A DNA stretch of 60,439 bases from Euryarchaeota archaeon UBA121 (lineage in GTDB: Archaea > Thermoplasmatota > Poseidoniia > Poseidoniales > Thalassarchaeaceae). Numbering within the stretch: the stretch's first letter is position 1; every line of letters starts with the position of its first letter. The DNA is taken from assembly GCA_002499865.1 (NCBI GenBank), contig DANL01000060.1:1-60439 (forward strand), given 5' to 3'. Shown here piece after piece: positions 28,301 through 35,475 of the stretch. The notes beneath the pieces were generated by a model, which was not told where the DNA came from, searched no databases, and saw only the letters and a list, made by a program, of their open reading frames with translations. Both the position numbers and the translations under genes were made by a program.

Positions 28301-31061
28301 TTGGAATAAGGATAACAAGGGAATCAATCCACTGAATGGGTCAGATGCACTTAACAACCCCGACGGTGATGGTTATGATATCAACATGGACGGTGTACTA
28401 TCAATGGATGAGCAACTGGTAAATTGGCTCGAGTACCATCTGAAAGATCAGATAATATACAACGATGCCACAGAGTCTGGAATGGAATTCCCTAATGGAT
28501 TCGCCACAAACCTGTCACACTCTTCATGGCAGGGACTCGCTCCAGGCTCCTTTGGCGAGTACACAAGTACGGCATACCTCAGCTTAGTCAATGGAACTAC
28601 TGTGGAAGACGTCGGCTCTGGAAATCCACTTTCTTCTGACTCAGACAGAGATGGAATGCCAGATGGCTGGGAATACTATCATTCACGATGGAGTTTGTTC
28701 GATGAAAAATGGACTCTAAACCCAGTAGATGAAAGGGATCAAGATGGCGATCCCGATGGAGATGGAATGAATAACTGGGAAGAATACAACTCAATAGATG
28801 GAAATCTCAGTGAGACGGACTCCCTTGTTACATCACCACAATTCTACCTGCTGAGCGTAGGGGGGGAGCTACTTCCCACTCCATGGCTTTCTGCAGAATC
28901 AACATACTCTTTCGGATACTTCCTGTCCGATGATCAGAAGAACCTAACCGGACTCACTGCCGACCCAAATAATCCTGACACAGACGGAGATGGCCTGTTA
29001 GATGGAATTGAATTAATTTTCACAAGGTGGAACTCAACCGATTCTGTATGGACATTAAATCCCCTGGTGGCTGGTGACGGATATTATGATTCGGATTTAG
29101 ACGGAATCACCGATCAAGTCGAACTCAATCTTACCAATAATAATCCTGCCAATGGGGGACTCTCTCCTCCAGATGCCCCTAGGATGTGGGAAGAGGCTGA
29201 CTCGATAGATCCTTCAGAGGCCAATAACAGAGTCTTCAGGATTCTGTTCGGAAAGGAAGGAAAGGCGCAACTAGCCATGGAGCAATACCAAGATTGGCTC
29301 TCAGGTAGCCCTGCAAAACCACTCCTATCGGCCCTTCTGGGAATATCAGATCCAAATGACGTGGATACCGATAGAGATGGGATGAGTGATGGGTATGAGT
29401 ATTGGTTCACACAGTGGAATCTAGAGCAAAACATATGGGAAATGAACCCATTAACAGGATCCGATGTTTCTAGGGACTCGGACGACGACTCCTACGACTG
29501 CGATGGAAATGGTCAGATTTCAGACTCAGAGTCGTTTGATAACTTAGCAGAATTTGAGTCTAGGATTTATGGAAAAAAGATAGCCGTGGATACAATTCCA
29601 AATGAGACTGGTCTGGTTTCATATGGTGCTGATGCAATTAATGCATTTATGGGAGAGGAGGGGATGTCATATGATGCTGCGTTTGGACAGCTTTATGATA
29701 TGTTCAGAAGTAAGAGTCTTGAATCTTCAGATAGAATGGGGCTAATCAATTCTCTAGAGCCAGACAATTTCAACATCAGCTTAGCAGGAGTGAGCGATCC
29801 GACGGATGATGATTCTGATCTCGATGGGATGCCCGATGGTTGGGAATTTTGCTATTCGGTATATGGCGAATTCCTGCCTGTTAATGATTTCAGATGGTCT
29901 CTAAATCCAATAAATCCATTGGACATAAACTATGATCCCGATTCTGATGGATGGTTCGATAGGGAAATCACCGATGTTCCCGCACCTCAGGGAACATGGG
30001 AGTCAAGACAGTTCTCGGAGTACGAGCAGGAAGGACAGATTCCTCAAGGAGTCCAGTCTCTATTGTTCTCCAATTTGATGGAGTACAACAACGGCACCCA
30101 CCCATTAGACGATGATAGCGATGACGATTCCAGCGTGATGAAGCCTGTTTTCACCAATGGCGTTGTCACGTCCTATGTCAGGGACTCCAATCTATCTGAT
30201 GGAAGAGAGGTGTTCAAGTACGGAACTAACCCACTAGACAACGACACCGATGGAGATATGATGCCGGACTTCTACGAGTATTACAGGGGTTGGAACGAGA
30301 CAAATGATAACTGGTCTTCTAGACTGCAAATTTCAGTTGTTTGGCATCAGGTTACTTCTGTGGTTTGGAAACCAGTACAGGTTTCTAATGGATTGATAAC
30401 TAGGCCAGTTCTAGAATGGGCATGGTTCACTCATGACCCAACCGATCCCTCTGACGCCGGCCAAGATGCAGATAATGATGGTGCTTGGGATTGCTCTGGG
30501 GGGAGTTGCATTTACCAGCCCTACAACAACTTCCAGGAATACTTTGGAGTGGTCAATGCTTCGATGTCCTCTCCTTCTTTGGTCAGAGCCTCAAATCTTG
30601 TTGACTGTTCAGGAGAGCCAGTATCTGAGTGGTGGCAATTAAGGGAGAGCCTCTTAGGAACCTGCTCAGGTAGCTCGTCCATATCTACTAATTATTTCAG
30701 GATGAATAAAATAAATGATAATGATAGACTCTATGCATTGGTGATCAATGACTACGATTTGGACTATGAGAATGTCGACAGTAGTAATGATCTAACTTCG
30801 CTCAACGGCGAGTGGACGGATACATTCAACAGGATTGCAGGAGACCAGTATCATCTTCCAAATATTTTCCTCGGAGAGTACGTATATGGTTGGTGGATAC
30901 TCGACATCGACGGCGATCAGATTGCAGACGGTACAGACCCTACCAATTGGGATACCGATGGAGACTGGTTAAATGATCATTTTGAAATTGAGGACGATTT
31001 ACTAGATGGGATTAGGGGGAACAGTGGCTCTCCGATAAGGTACGATGACAGGTCAACCTAG
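25323..31061 (+). CDS. giant secreted protein (1912 aa) with more than 20 thrombospondin type-3-like DxDxDG calcium-binding repeats and a central putative beta-propeller; no membrane anchor
   Basis: Signal peptide MRRKQTAAFMVLLLLSSLAFVSQ. Repeats include DTDGDGLPDGYE, DSDFDGMPDGWE, DTDGDGMPDGWE and DSDRDGMPDGWE. No hydrophobic C-terminus (ends ...IRYDDRST). Confidence 0.8.
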   Translation: MRRKQTAAFMVLLLLSSLAFVSQTRPQSPVDSTNPTDAEGGAPPATDADEDRIPDQYEAIYGEDIVIDTPEGSFEVLGLDMNNGTDNMSDHDRDGAVALLEYCWPYTLDKCFTDRLSLTGKPPELTESGNREYLDPTSSDTDGDGLPDGYEIHMCTEGGLGYLNATNAWTCLWFDPLDPSDSTEDIDRCDDFSFGCGDGFDVNRDGHIDVTERYSNSEEYSFGTPENWITERDGLWCSGTIPGMSENACQESIVRPTGDDGWLGTDPTRSDSDYYSWSDLLATGLIIPGDGIPDGWEAHYGLDPRNASDAILDSDNDGWDADRDGYVIPDTSTATAAWGEAFSNYEEYMVYYDEGSWVKPGIRGTAVTSHDGTVLTFDQSTQTQLVDAAVHTMIKDIEQQRIIVGSKYGVTTLDPFGEISSLHNLRPGVEMTSMVRWSPGGNSDFLVIGTNLGIHCVSMENGLPIMSSLSESEMGHVVSMIELDTGSDNLDLMVFGHQKAWTVSVSDEGSGGDCWSGGRSVSVGQEILSSPMTEVLSDSEVSANDAIQVPIQGRGPLLMVATDSGLIAWNTTDGVTSAGEPWWVFDIEDAETFVRMADLLNESKSAVVNVLEPAGPILDNGDLGEVTGVWMGTAGGLHLIDLSIFMQMPRSSISNDRMFNSDRWTEGANDIRSVLAIDGMVVLGSRDGTWCLEGGHTGVLGPYINQTRMPGLVTNLISMENEDEDWIFSGSSPGRFMNIMPIDPLSDDSDFDGMPDGWEYIHGLDPTDPFDRERDADADGVSFPLIDGTIFIREWSNLEEFRYVNSSQFGTNGTDPRNIDSDGDGLTDGEEYWGWFLDSTSFSCHYLNDDYVCDDSSSQSETVHLEGWLGSGAGGGTDGPTDPTNPDTDGDGMPDGWEIENRRWIGDIYTGGNLWTLDPRDPNDAEEDADGDGLSNLCEYKWGEIIDDVIREGLPSHGESNESALSWVSTDPNNVDSDGDTLPDGWEARYTCSWNKDNKGINPLNGSDALNNPDGDGYDINMDGVLSMDEQLVNWLEYHLKDQIIYNDATESGMEFPNGFATNLSHSSWQGLAPGSFGEYTSTAYLSLVNGTTVEDVGSGNPLSSDSDRDGMPDGWEYYHSRWSLFDEKWTLNPVDERDQDGDPDGDGMNNWEEYNSIDGNLSETDSLVTSPQFYLLSVGGELLPTPWLSAESTYSFGYFLSDDQKNLTGLTADPNNPDTDGDGLLDGIELIFTRWNSTDSVWTLNPLVAGDGYYDSDLDGITDQVELNLTNNNPANGGLSPPDAPRMWEEADSIDPSEANNRVFRILFGKEGKAQLAMEQYQDWLSGSPAKPLLSALLGISDPNDVDTDRDGMSDGYEYWFTQWNLEQNIWEMNPLTGSDVSRDSDDDSYDCDGNGQISDSESFDNLAEFESRIYGKKIAVDTIPNETGLVSYGADAINAFMGEEGMSYDAAFGQLYDMFRSKSLESSDRMGLINSLEPDNFNISLAGVSDPTDDDSDLDGMPDGWEFCYSVYGEFLPVNDFRWSLNPINPLDINYDPDSDGWFDREITDVPAPQGTWESRQFSEYEQEGQIPQGVQSLLFSNLMEYNNGTHPLDDDSDDDSSVMKPVFTNGVVTSYVRDSNLSDGREVFKYGTNPLDNDTDGDMMPDFYEYYRGWNETNDNWSSRLQISVVWHQVTSVVWKPVQVSNGLITRPVLEWAWFTHDPTDPSDAGQDADNDGAWDCSGGSCIYQPYNNFQEYFGVVNASMSSPSLVRASNLVDCSGEPVSEWWQLRESLLGTCSGSSSISTNYFRMNKINDNDRLYALVINDYDLDYENVDSSNDLTSLNGEWTDTFNRIAGDQYHLPNIFLGEYVYGWWILDIDGDQIADGTDPTNWDTDGDWLNDHFEIEDDLLDGIRGNSGSPIRYDDRST
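27561..30986 (+). repeat. array of divergent protein-level tandem modules: DxDxDG(M/L)PDGWE - W-rich linker - W(T/S)LNP - DxDxDG
   Basis: Module starts read at 27561, 27981, 28248, 28638, 28977, 29364 and about 29808. The last DxDxDG pair ends at 30986. Confidence 0.7.
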
Positions 31062-31091
31062 TACTCTCAACAAATAATCCCGGGAATAGTT

Positions 31092-31565
31092 ATGGACGAA
31101 CAAGACGGACAAATACCAAGCATATCCTCCCCTACGGAGGAAAAGCTTCTGTTCCTTCAAGAGAACATGGTCAACTTCATCAATCAATACGGTCAACCAG
31201 TAATAGAAGTATCACTGGTAATTTCAAAATACATCCGTATTATAGTTAAAAAACTTGAAGAAAAGGCATTGAATAGTAACGAGGATCTTCCAAAAGATTT
31301 ACTCTCTCCTAGGCCAGTAGAGTCATCCGATGAAGATCCTATCATGGACTCATTCCCCTTGGAGAGGATTCTGGAATCTGTGGATCAGGATAGAATGGAT
31401 ATTCTCGACACAATTATTCGAACCATAATGAATGAGACTGAATTGCCTTTCATCCCGGCATTAGCTGTCCTCAGAGATTGGGAGCATATTATCAGGACAC
31501 AACTGGCAAAATCAACTAGCCCGGGGCATCTTTTTAGCCCACTACAACTTCCTGATAATTTCTGA
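31092..31565 (+). CDS. hypothetical acidic cytoplasmic protein
   Basis: 157-aa ATG ORF 30 nt downstream of the giant repeat protein. No motif recognised. Confidence 0.5.
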   Translation: MDEQDGQIPSISSPTEEKLLFLQENMVNFINQYGQPVIEVSLVISKYIRIIVKKLEEKALNSNEDLPKDLLSPRPVESSDEDPIMDSFPLERILESVDQDRMDILDTIIRTIMNETELPFIPALAVLRDWEHIIRTQLAKSTSPGHLFSPLQLPDNF

Positions 31566-31943
31566 CTATCTGGTTCCGGCAACAATGCCACTAGATACCC
31601 ACCATGCGTCAAAAATGGACCAAACGAATAGAACTGGCCAGAGGAAAACAGACAAAATTAATGGAAATTGTATTACGAACCACCCAGCTGATTTTCTATG
31701 CTGACGATTGAAGTGCTGTCCAAGGAATAGAAAAGGAACGAGAGATAGCAAAACTGCAACCAATGGCCTTAATGCGCCCCAAGGACCAACTCCCCCACTC
31801 AACTCCTTCCAGATGACACCAATTACCCCAATTGCAGTAACCTCATCCTCCTCCTCCTCAGTAGGTAGAATCACCACGTATTCGTGTTCCATTGTATGTT
31901 GGAAGATGCCGATATGAATGAATGTGACTGCTAATAGACCCAA
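31566..31943 (-). CDS. hypothetical small membrane protein
   Basis: Hydrophobic segments (LRPLVAVLLSLVPFLFLG, FPLILSVFLWPVLFVWSIF). Start uncertain: TTG at 31943 or ATG at 31892. Confidence 0.35.
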   Translation of the reverse strand: MGLLAVTFIHIGIFQHTMEHEYVVILPTEEEEDEVTAIGVIGVIWKELSGGVGPWGALRPLVAVLLSLVPFLFLGQHFNRQHRKSAGWFVIQFPLILSVFLWPVLFVWSIFDAWWVSSGIVAGTR

Positions 31944-31976
31944 AAAGACAACCGTTGAGCCCCTCTCGTTTAGTCC

Positions 31977-32963
31977 ATGGGGGAAAAGAGGATTCTACTC
32001 ACGGGCTTCGAACCATTCGCAGGTCTAGATATCAACGAGTCCTCAGAGGTTGTAAAAATAATCTCAAATACGGGGCTACAAGATATTGAGATTATCTCTA
32101 GTTTCCTATCTGTAGATGAAGAAGGAACTGAATCTTCACTGGATATTATTAAGGCATGGGAATTCGATGCAGTAATCCATTTGGGACTATCCAGAAATTC
32201 TGAGAAGATACTGCTTGAGAGATTTGCAACTAATATGATTTCAATGGAATTACCGGATAATTCTGGTAGGATGGTCAAGAAGTCCAAAATTCTAGAAAAT
32301 GCACCTGAAAGAATCGAGACTAAGGTAAGCATACATAATTTCGATGAGGAATTTGAACACGATAAAGATGTCCAGTGGAGCCATAGTGCTGGAAGATACG
32401 TGTGTAATGAGACATATTTCAAGACTCTCTATGGCCTCTCACATTCTACTATTCCCATACTATTCATTCATCTGCCAAAGATGTCAGAGATTTCCCTTAG
32501 TAGGCAGGCCGAGGTTGTCTCAAGGGCAATTAGACTAATGGTTACAAGGCCAAAAATGACAGTAGTAGGCGCCATGATCAGAGATACTAATGGCAGTATA
32601 TTGGCTTGTATGAGGCCAGAAGGGGATGCGTGGTCCGGTTGGTGGGAGTTCCCAGGGGGAAAGGTAGAGGAGGGAGAGTCACTCACAGATGCATTATCCA
32701 GGGAGATAGAAGAAGAACTAGGTCTTTCAGTCTATCCTAAATCAAAGGTTTGCGAAATCAATCATAGATACCAAGATAGAGATGTCAATCTCCATATTTT
32801 TGATTGTGGTATTGCCGATAGACTAGACATAGTCCTCTTGGAGCACGATGAATCACGATGGTTGTCACAAGAAGAGCTCTTAGATGTAAAATGGCTTCCT
32901 GCCGACCTTCCTACTATCGAGGTCTGGCACAGGGAAGGAATACCAAACACAAGCCCATCCTAA
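31977..32963 (+). CDS. pcp: fusion of pyroglutamyl-peptidase I (C15) and a MutT-like Nudix hydrolase
   Basis: The N-terminal about 195 aa has ILLTGFEPF, LLERFATN (Glu), AGRYVCN (Cys, codon 32403-32405) and FIHLP (His). The C-terminus has a perfect Nudix box GKVEEGESLTDALSREIEEELGL (32658-32726). Confidence 0.85.
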   Translation: MGEKRILLTGFEPFAGLDINESSEVVKIISNTGLQDIEIISSFLSVDEEGTESSLDIIKAWEFDAVIHLGLSRNSEKILLERFATNMISMELPDNSGRMVKKSKILENAPERIETKVSIHNFDEEFEHDKDVQWSHSAGRYVCNETYFKTLYGLSHSTIPILFIHLPKMSEISLSRQAEVVSRAIRLMVTRPKMTVVGAMIRDTNGSILACMRPEGDAWSGWWEFPGGKVEEGESLTDALSREIEEELGLSVYPKSKVCEINHRYQDRDVNLHIFDCGIADRLDIVLLEHDESRWLSQEELLDVKWLPADLPTIEVWHREGIPNTSPS

Positions 32964-33442
32964 TCGAACCACTCTCTTGGCCTTCCATCTTTGTACATTG
33001 ATAATTCATCTCCTACGCCACGTGGAATCTCTCTTCTGCCCTCATGCCAAGTGGCCGACTCCAACCATTCAATGAGGCCAACTCCAGTAATGGAGATATC
33101 AATTCCCCCTCCGATTACTCTTTCACCAAGAGTGAACGATACCTTGCCGGCCAATGAGGCCAACCTGGAGATAGTGAAATCGCAAATTTGGTCATCCTCC
33201 TCCATGGTCATCGCATCTAACGCGGTATCGAGGATAGATTGATTCCTAATGGCCTCCAAAAAATAATCCATTGACGACGAAGTACCATAAATTATCTCTG
33301 GATTATTTTTCGAAGGAAAACCACTTTCTCTGTTATTAATTTCAGGCGACCAGTCAGGAAATAAAGATTTTACAGATTCAATAACCTTGTTTAAATCCTC
33401 ATAAGGTTGCAGGGTGGTTGAGATCTCAATCTCCCTGATCAT
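32960..33442 (-). CDS. UPF0201/COG1931-like putative RNA-binding protein
   Basis: From ATG 33442: MIREIEISTTLQPYEDLNKVIESVKSLFPDW, RNQSILDTA and LAGKVSF match the remembered UPF0201 pattern. The longer form to 33583 would overlap the divergent gene at 33532. Confidence 0.6.
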   Translation of the reverse strand: MIREIEISTTLQPYEDLNKVIESVKSLFPDWSPEINNRESGFPSKNNPEIIYGTSSSMDYFLEAIRNQSILDTALDAMTMEEDDQICDFTISRLASLAGKVSFTLGERVIGGGIDISITGVGLIEWLESATWHEGRREIPRGVGDELSMYKDGRPREWFD

Positions 33443-33531
33443 GACTCTTCGAGTACAACGAGGCTGAAAGTTTTGTTCATCCTTACTCATATACGCGAAT
33501 GATTCAAATGAGAAATTTCTAGGGACCATAT

Positions 33532-34296
33532 ATGTCGGAACGTTCCCCTGCCATCTCACTGGCTTTGTTACTCGCACCAACATTATGCGTCGTAGCGATT
33601 AGATTTGGATTGCCCGCACTTGAGGAGGTAATCTCTCAAGATTCCTTATTGGCGATTTCCATTCATGCACTTGCTCTTTCTTTGGGCGCACTGATGCTTT
33701 ACAGATATCTCAGGGTCGAAGATCATGAGTTTCATAGATCTCGGGCGATTAGGAGATTATCAAAAACTTACAGAAGCGAGGACCGAGGACTTTGGGACGA
33801 GAAGTCAGACCGCGCTCTGCAGAAGCTGGAAATCAAGGCAAACTCATCAAACAGAAGAATCAGTACAAAGGTTACCAAGAGAATGACTGGAAAGGTTGGA
33901 ACCCTAAATACTGAGATGGATGAATCTGAGGTAGATGATGATTACGAAGCAGAAGTACGTGTTTCCGGGCTTCAAACAATTATTGATGAGGAAAATATAG
34001 GTCTAAAAGAAGAACAAAAAAAGAGTATTTCAATATCTAATATCATTAACTCCTCCTTGGACAGATCTGCCAGGAGAAGGCTTCTAAAGATGAAGAGAAA
34101 GGAAGAGAAGAAGAGAATCAAAGAACTTCAGAAAACTAAGAAGAGAGCTTCCAAAAACAAACTTTCAGGAAGTCCATGGGACGATACGCCCTCTTCCTCA
34201 AACATTAGAACAGTCAACAAGTGCAATCATTGCGGGGCGATGAATGATAGTGACTCTCAGTATTGTATCTCATGTGGAAATTACTTGGTATCATAG
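33532..34296 (+). CDS. membrane protein with a Lys/Arg-rich linker and a C-terminal zinc ribbon
   Basis: Two N-terminal TM segments, a KKRIKELQKTKKR-type basic region, and a terminal CNHCGAMNDSDSQYCISCG (CxxC-x10-CxxC). Confidence 0.6.
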   Translation: MSERSPAISLALLLAPTLCVVAIRFGLPALEEVISQDSLLAISIHALALSLGALMLYRYLRVEDHEFHRSRAIRRLSKTYRSEDRGLWDEKSDRALQKLEIKANSSNRRISTKVTKRMTGKVGTLNTEMDESEVDDDYEAEVRVSGLQTIIDEENIGLKEEQKKSISISNIINSSLDRSARRRLLKMKRKEEKKRIKELQKTKKRASKNKLSGSPWDDTPSSSNIRTVNKCNHCGAMNDSDSQYCISCGNYLVS

Positions 34297-34335
34297 GGAA
34301 CGGTTCAAATCACCCTCACTTTAGCCTTTGACATC

Positions 34336-35475
34336 ATGACGGAGAAGAGGGACTACTACGATGTCCTTGGGATAAGCAGAAATGCTTCCGAGGAGGATAT
34401 CACAAAGGCGTTCAGATCACTCGCGAGGAAGTATCATCCAGACAAGAACCCAGATGATTCGGAAGCAGAGAAAAAATTCAAGGAAGTCCAAGAGGCATAT
34501 GCAATACTTTCCAATAAAGAAGAAAGAAGGAAGTATGACACCTTTGGCCACAGTGGACCTGGTTCTTCTCCATTCGGTCCCGGTGGTTTCCAAGGGGTTA
34601 ATATTAGTCTTGATGATTTATTCGGCGGTGGCTTTGATGGTATTTTCAACCAGTTCTTCGGCTCATCGAGAGGACGGAGGAGGGCCAAAGGTGACGACCT
34701 AATGTACCGTCACTCTGTACCATTCCAAGTCGCAATGGATGGCTCAGAGGATGAGATAGAAATAGAAGCTCTAAGAAAATGCAACGATTGCCAGGGAACC
34801 GGGTCAACGGATCCTTCTGGAGTAAGGGTGTGTCCAAATTGCGAAGGGAGGGGGAGGATAGAGAGGTTAGAAAGACTCGGTCCCTTCACACAAAGGTCGG
34901 TTTCAGACTGCCCATCTTGCAATGGCAGTGGAAAAATTATCTCAAATCCGTGTAAATCCTGCAATGGACAAGGTCGGTCTAACCAAACCAAGAGGGTGAA
35001 ATTCACCATCCCCCCCGGAGTCTCATCAGGCGTCAGACTCAGGATGAGGGAGTATGGAGGGGCTCCTGCGAGTGATGACGGCATCCCAGGAGACCTCTAC
35101 ATCGAGATAGAAATCCAACGTCATCCATGGTTTGAGAGAGACTCTGCGGATCTTTTGATGGGACTTCCAGTTGGATTTTCAGATTTAGCTCTGGGGACTA
35201 AAATAGAAATTCCCCATATCGATGGAGAGAATCTCGTGGTAAAGATAGATGCAGGTTCACAACCAGGGGATACAATTGAAATTAGAGGCAGGGGTTTGCC
35301 TTTGCAGGGAAGTAAAAGAAGAGGTTCAGTAATGATTGTTCTGAAACTAGATATGCCAAGAAAACTCTCCAGAAATGAGAAAAAGAGAATTTCTTCATTG
35401 TCAGATATTCTTGGTTCAGACCATGATGGCATAGAAGAAAGAATCAGGGACGAAGCAACAAAGAGAAGGAATTGA
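34336..35475 (+). CDS. dnaJ: molecular chaperone DnaJ (type I Hsp40)
   Basis: J domain [33 protein letters not shown], a G/F region, and four CxxCxGxG repeats ([32 protein letters not shown]). Confidence 0.95.
   Translation: MTEKRDYYDVLGISRNASEEDITKAFRSLARKYHPDKNPDDSEAEKKFKEVQEAYAILSNKEERRKYDTFGHSGPGSSPFGPGGFQGVNISLDDLFGGGFDGIFNQFFGSSRGRRRAKGDDLMYRHSVPFQVAMDGSEDEIEIEALRKCNDCQGTGSTDPSGVRVCPNCEGRGRIERLERLGPFTQRSVSDCPSCNGSGKIISNPCKSCNGQGRSNQTKRVKFTIPPGVSSGVRLRMREYGGAPASDDGIPGDLYIEIEIQRHPWFERDSADLLMGLPVGFSDLALGTKIEIPHIDGENLVVKIDAGSQPGDTIEIRGRGLPLQGSKRRGSVMIVLKLDMPRKLSRNEKKRISSLSDILGSDHDGIEERIRDEATKRRN

Noticed and set aside
33443-33583. N-terminally extended versions of several track ORFs: 33583 for UPF0201, 50973 for gap, 57855 for yhbY-like, 39475 for rps15, 25177 for MBL, 4422, 37647 and 47565
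   Set aside because: The extensions begin at TTG/GTG, overlap neighbouring genes or add non-conserved residues ahead of canonical family N-termini (MARVKVAINGYG, MKITHLGSGS). For the secreted proteins, the extensions precede clean signal peptides. Internal ATGs are preferred.
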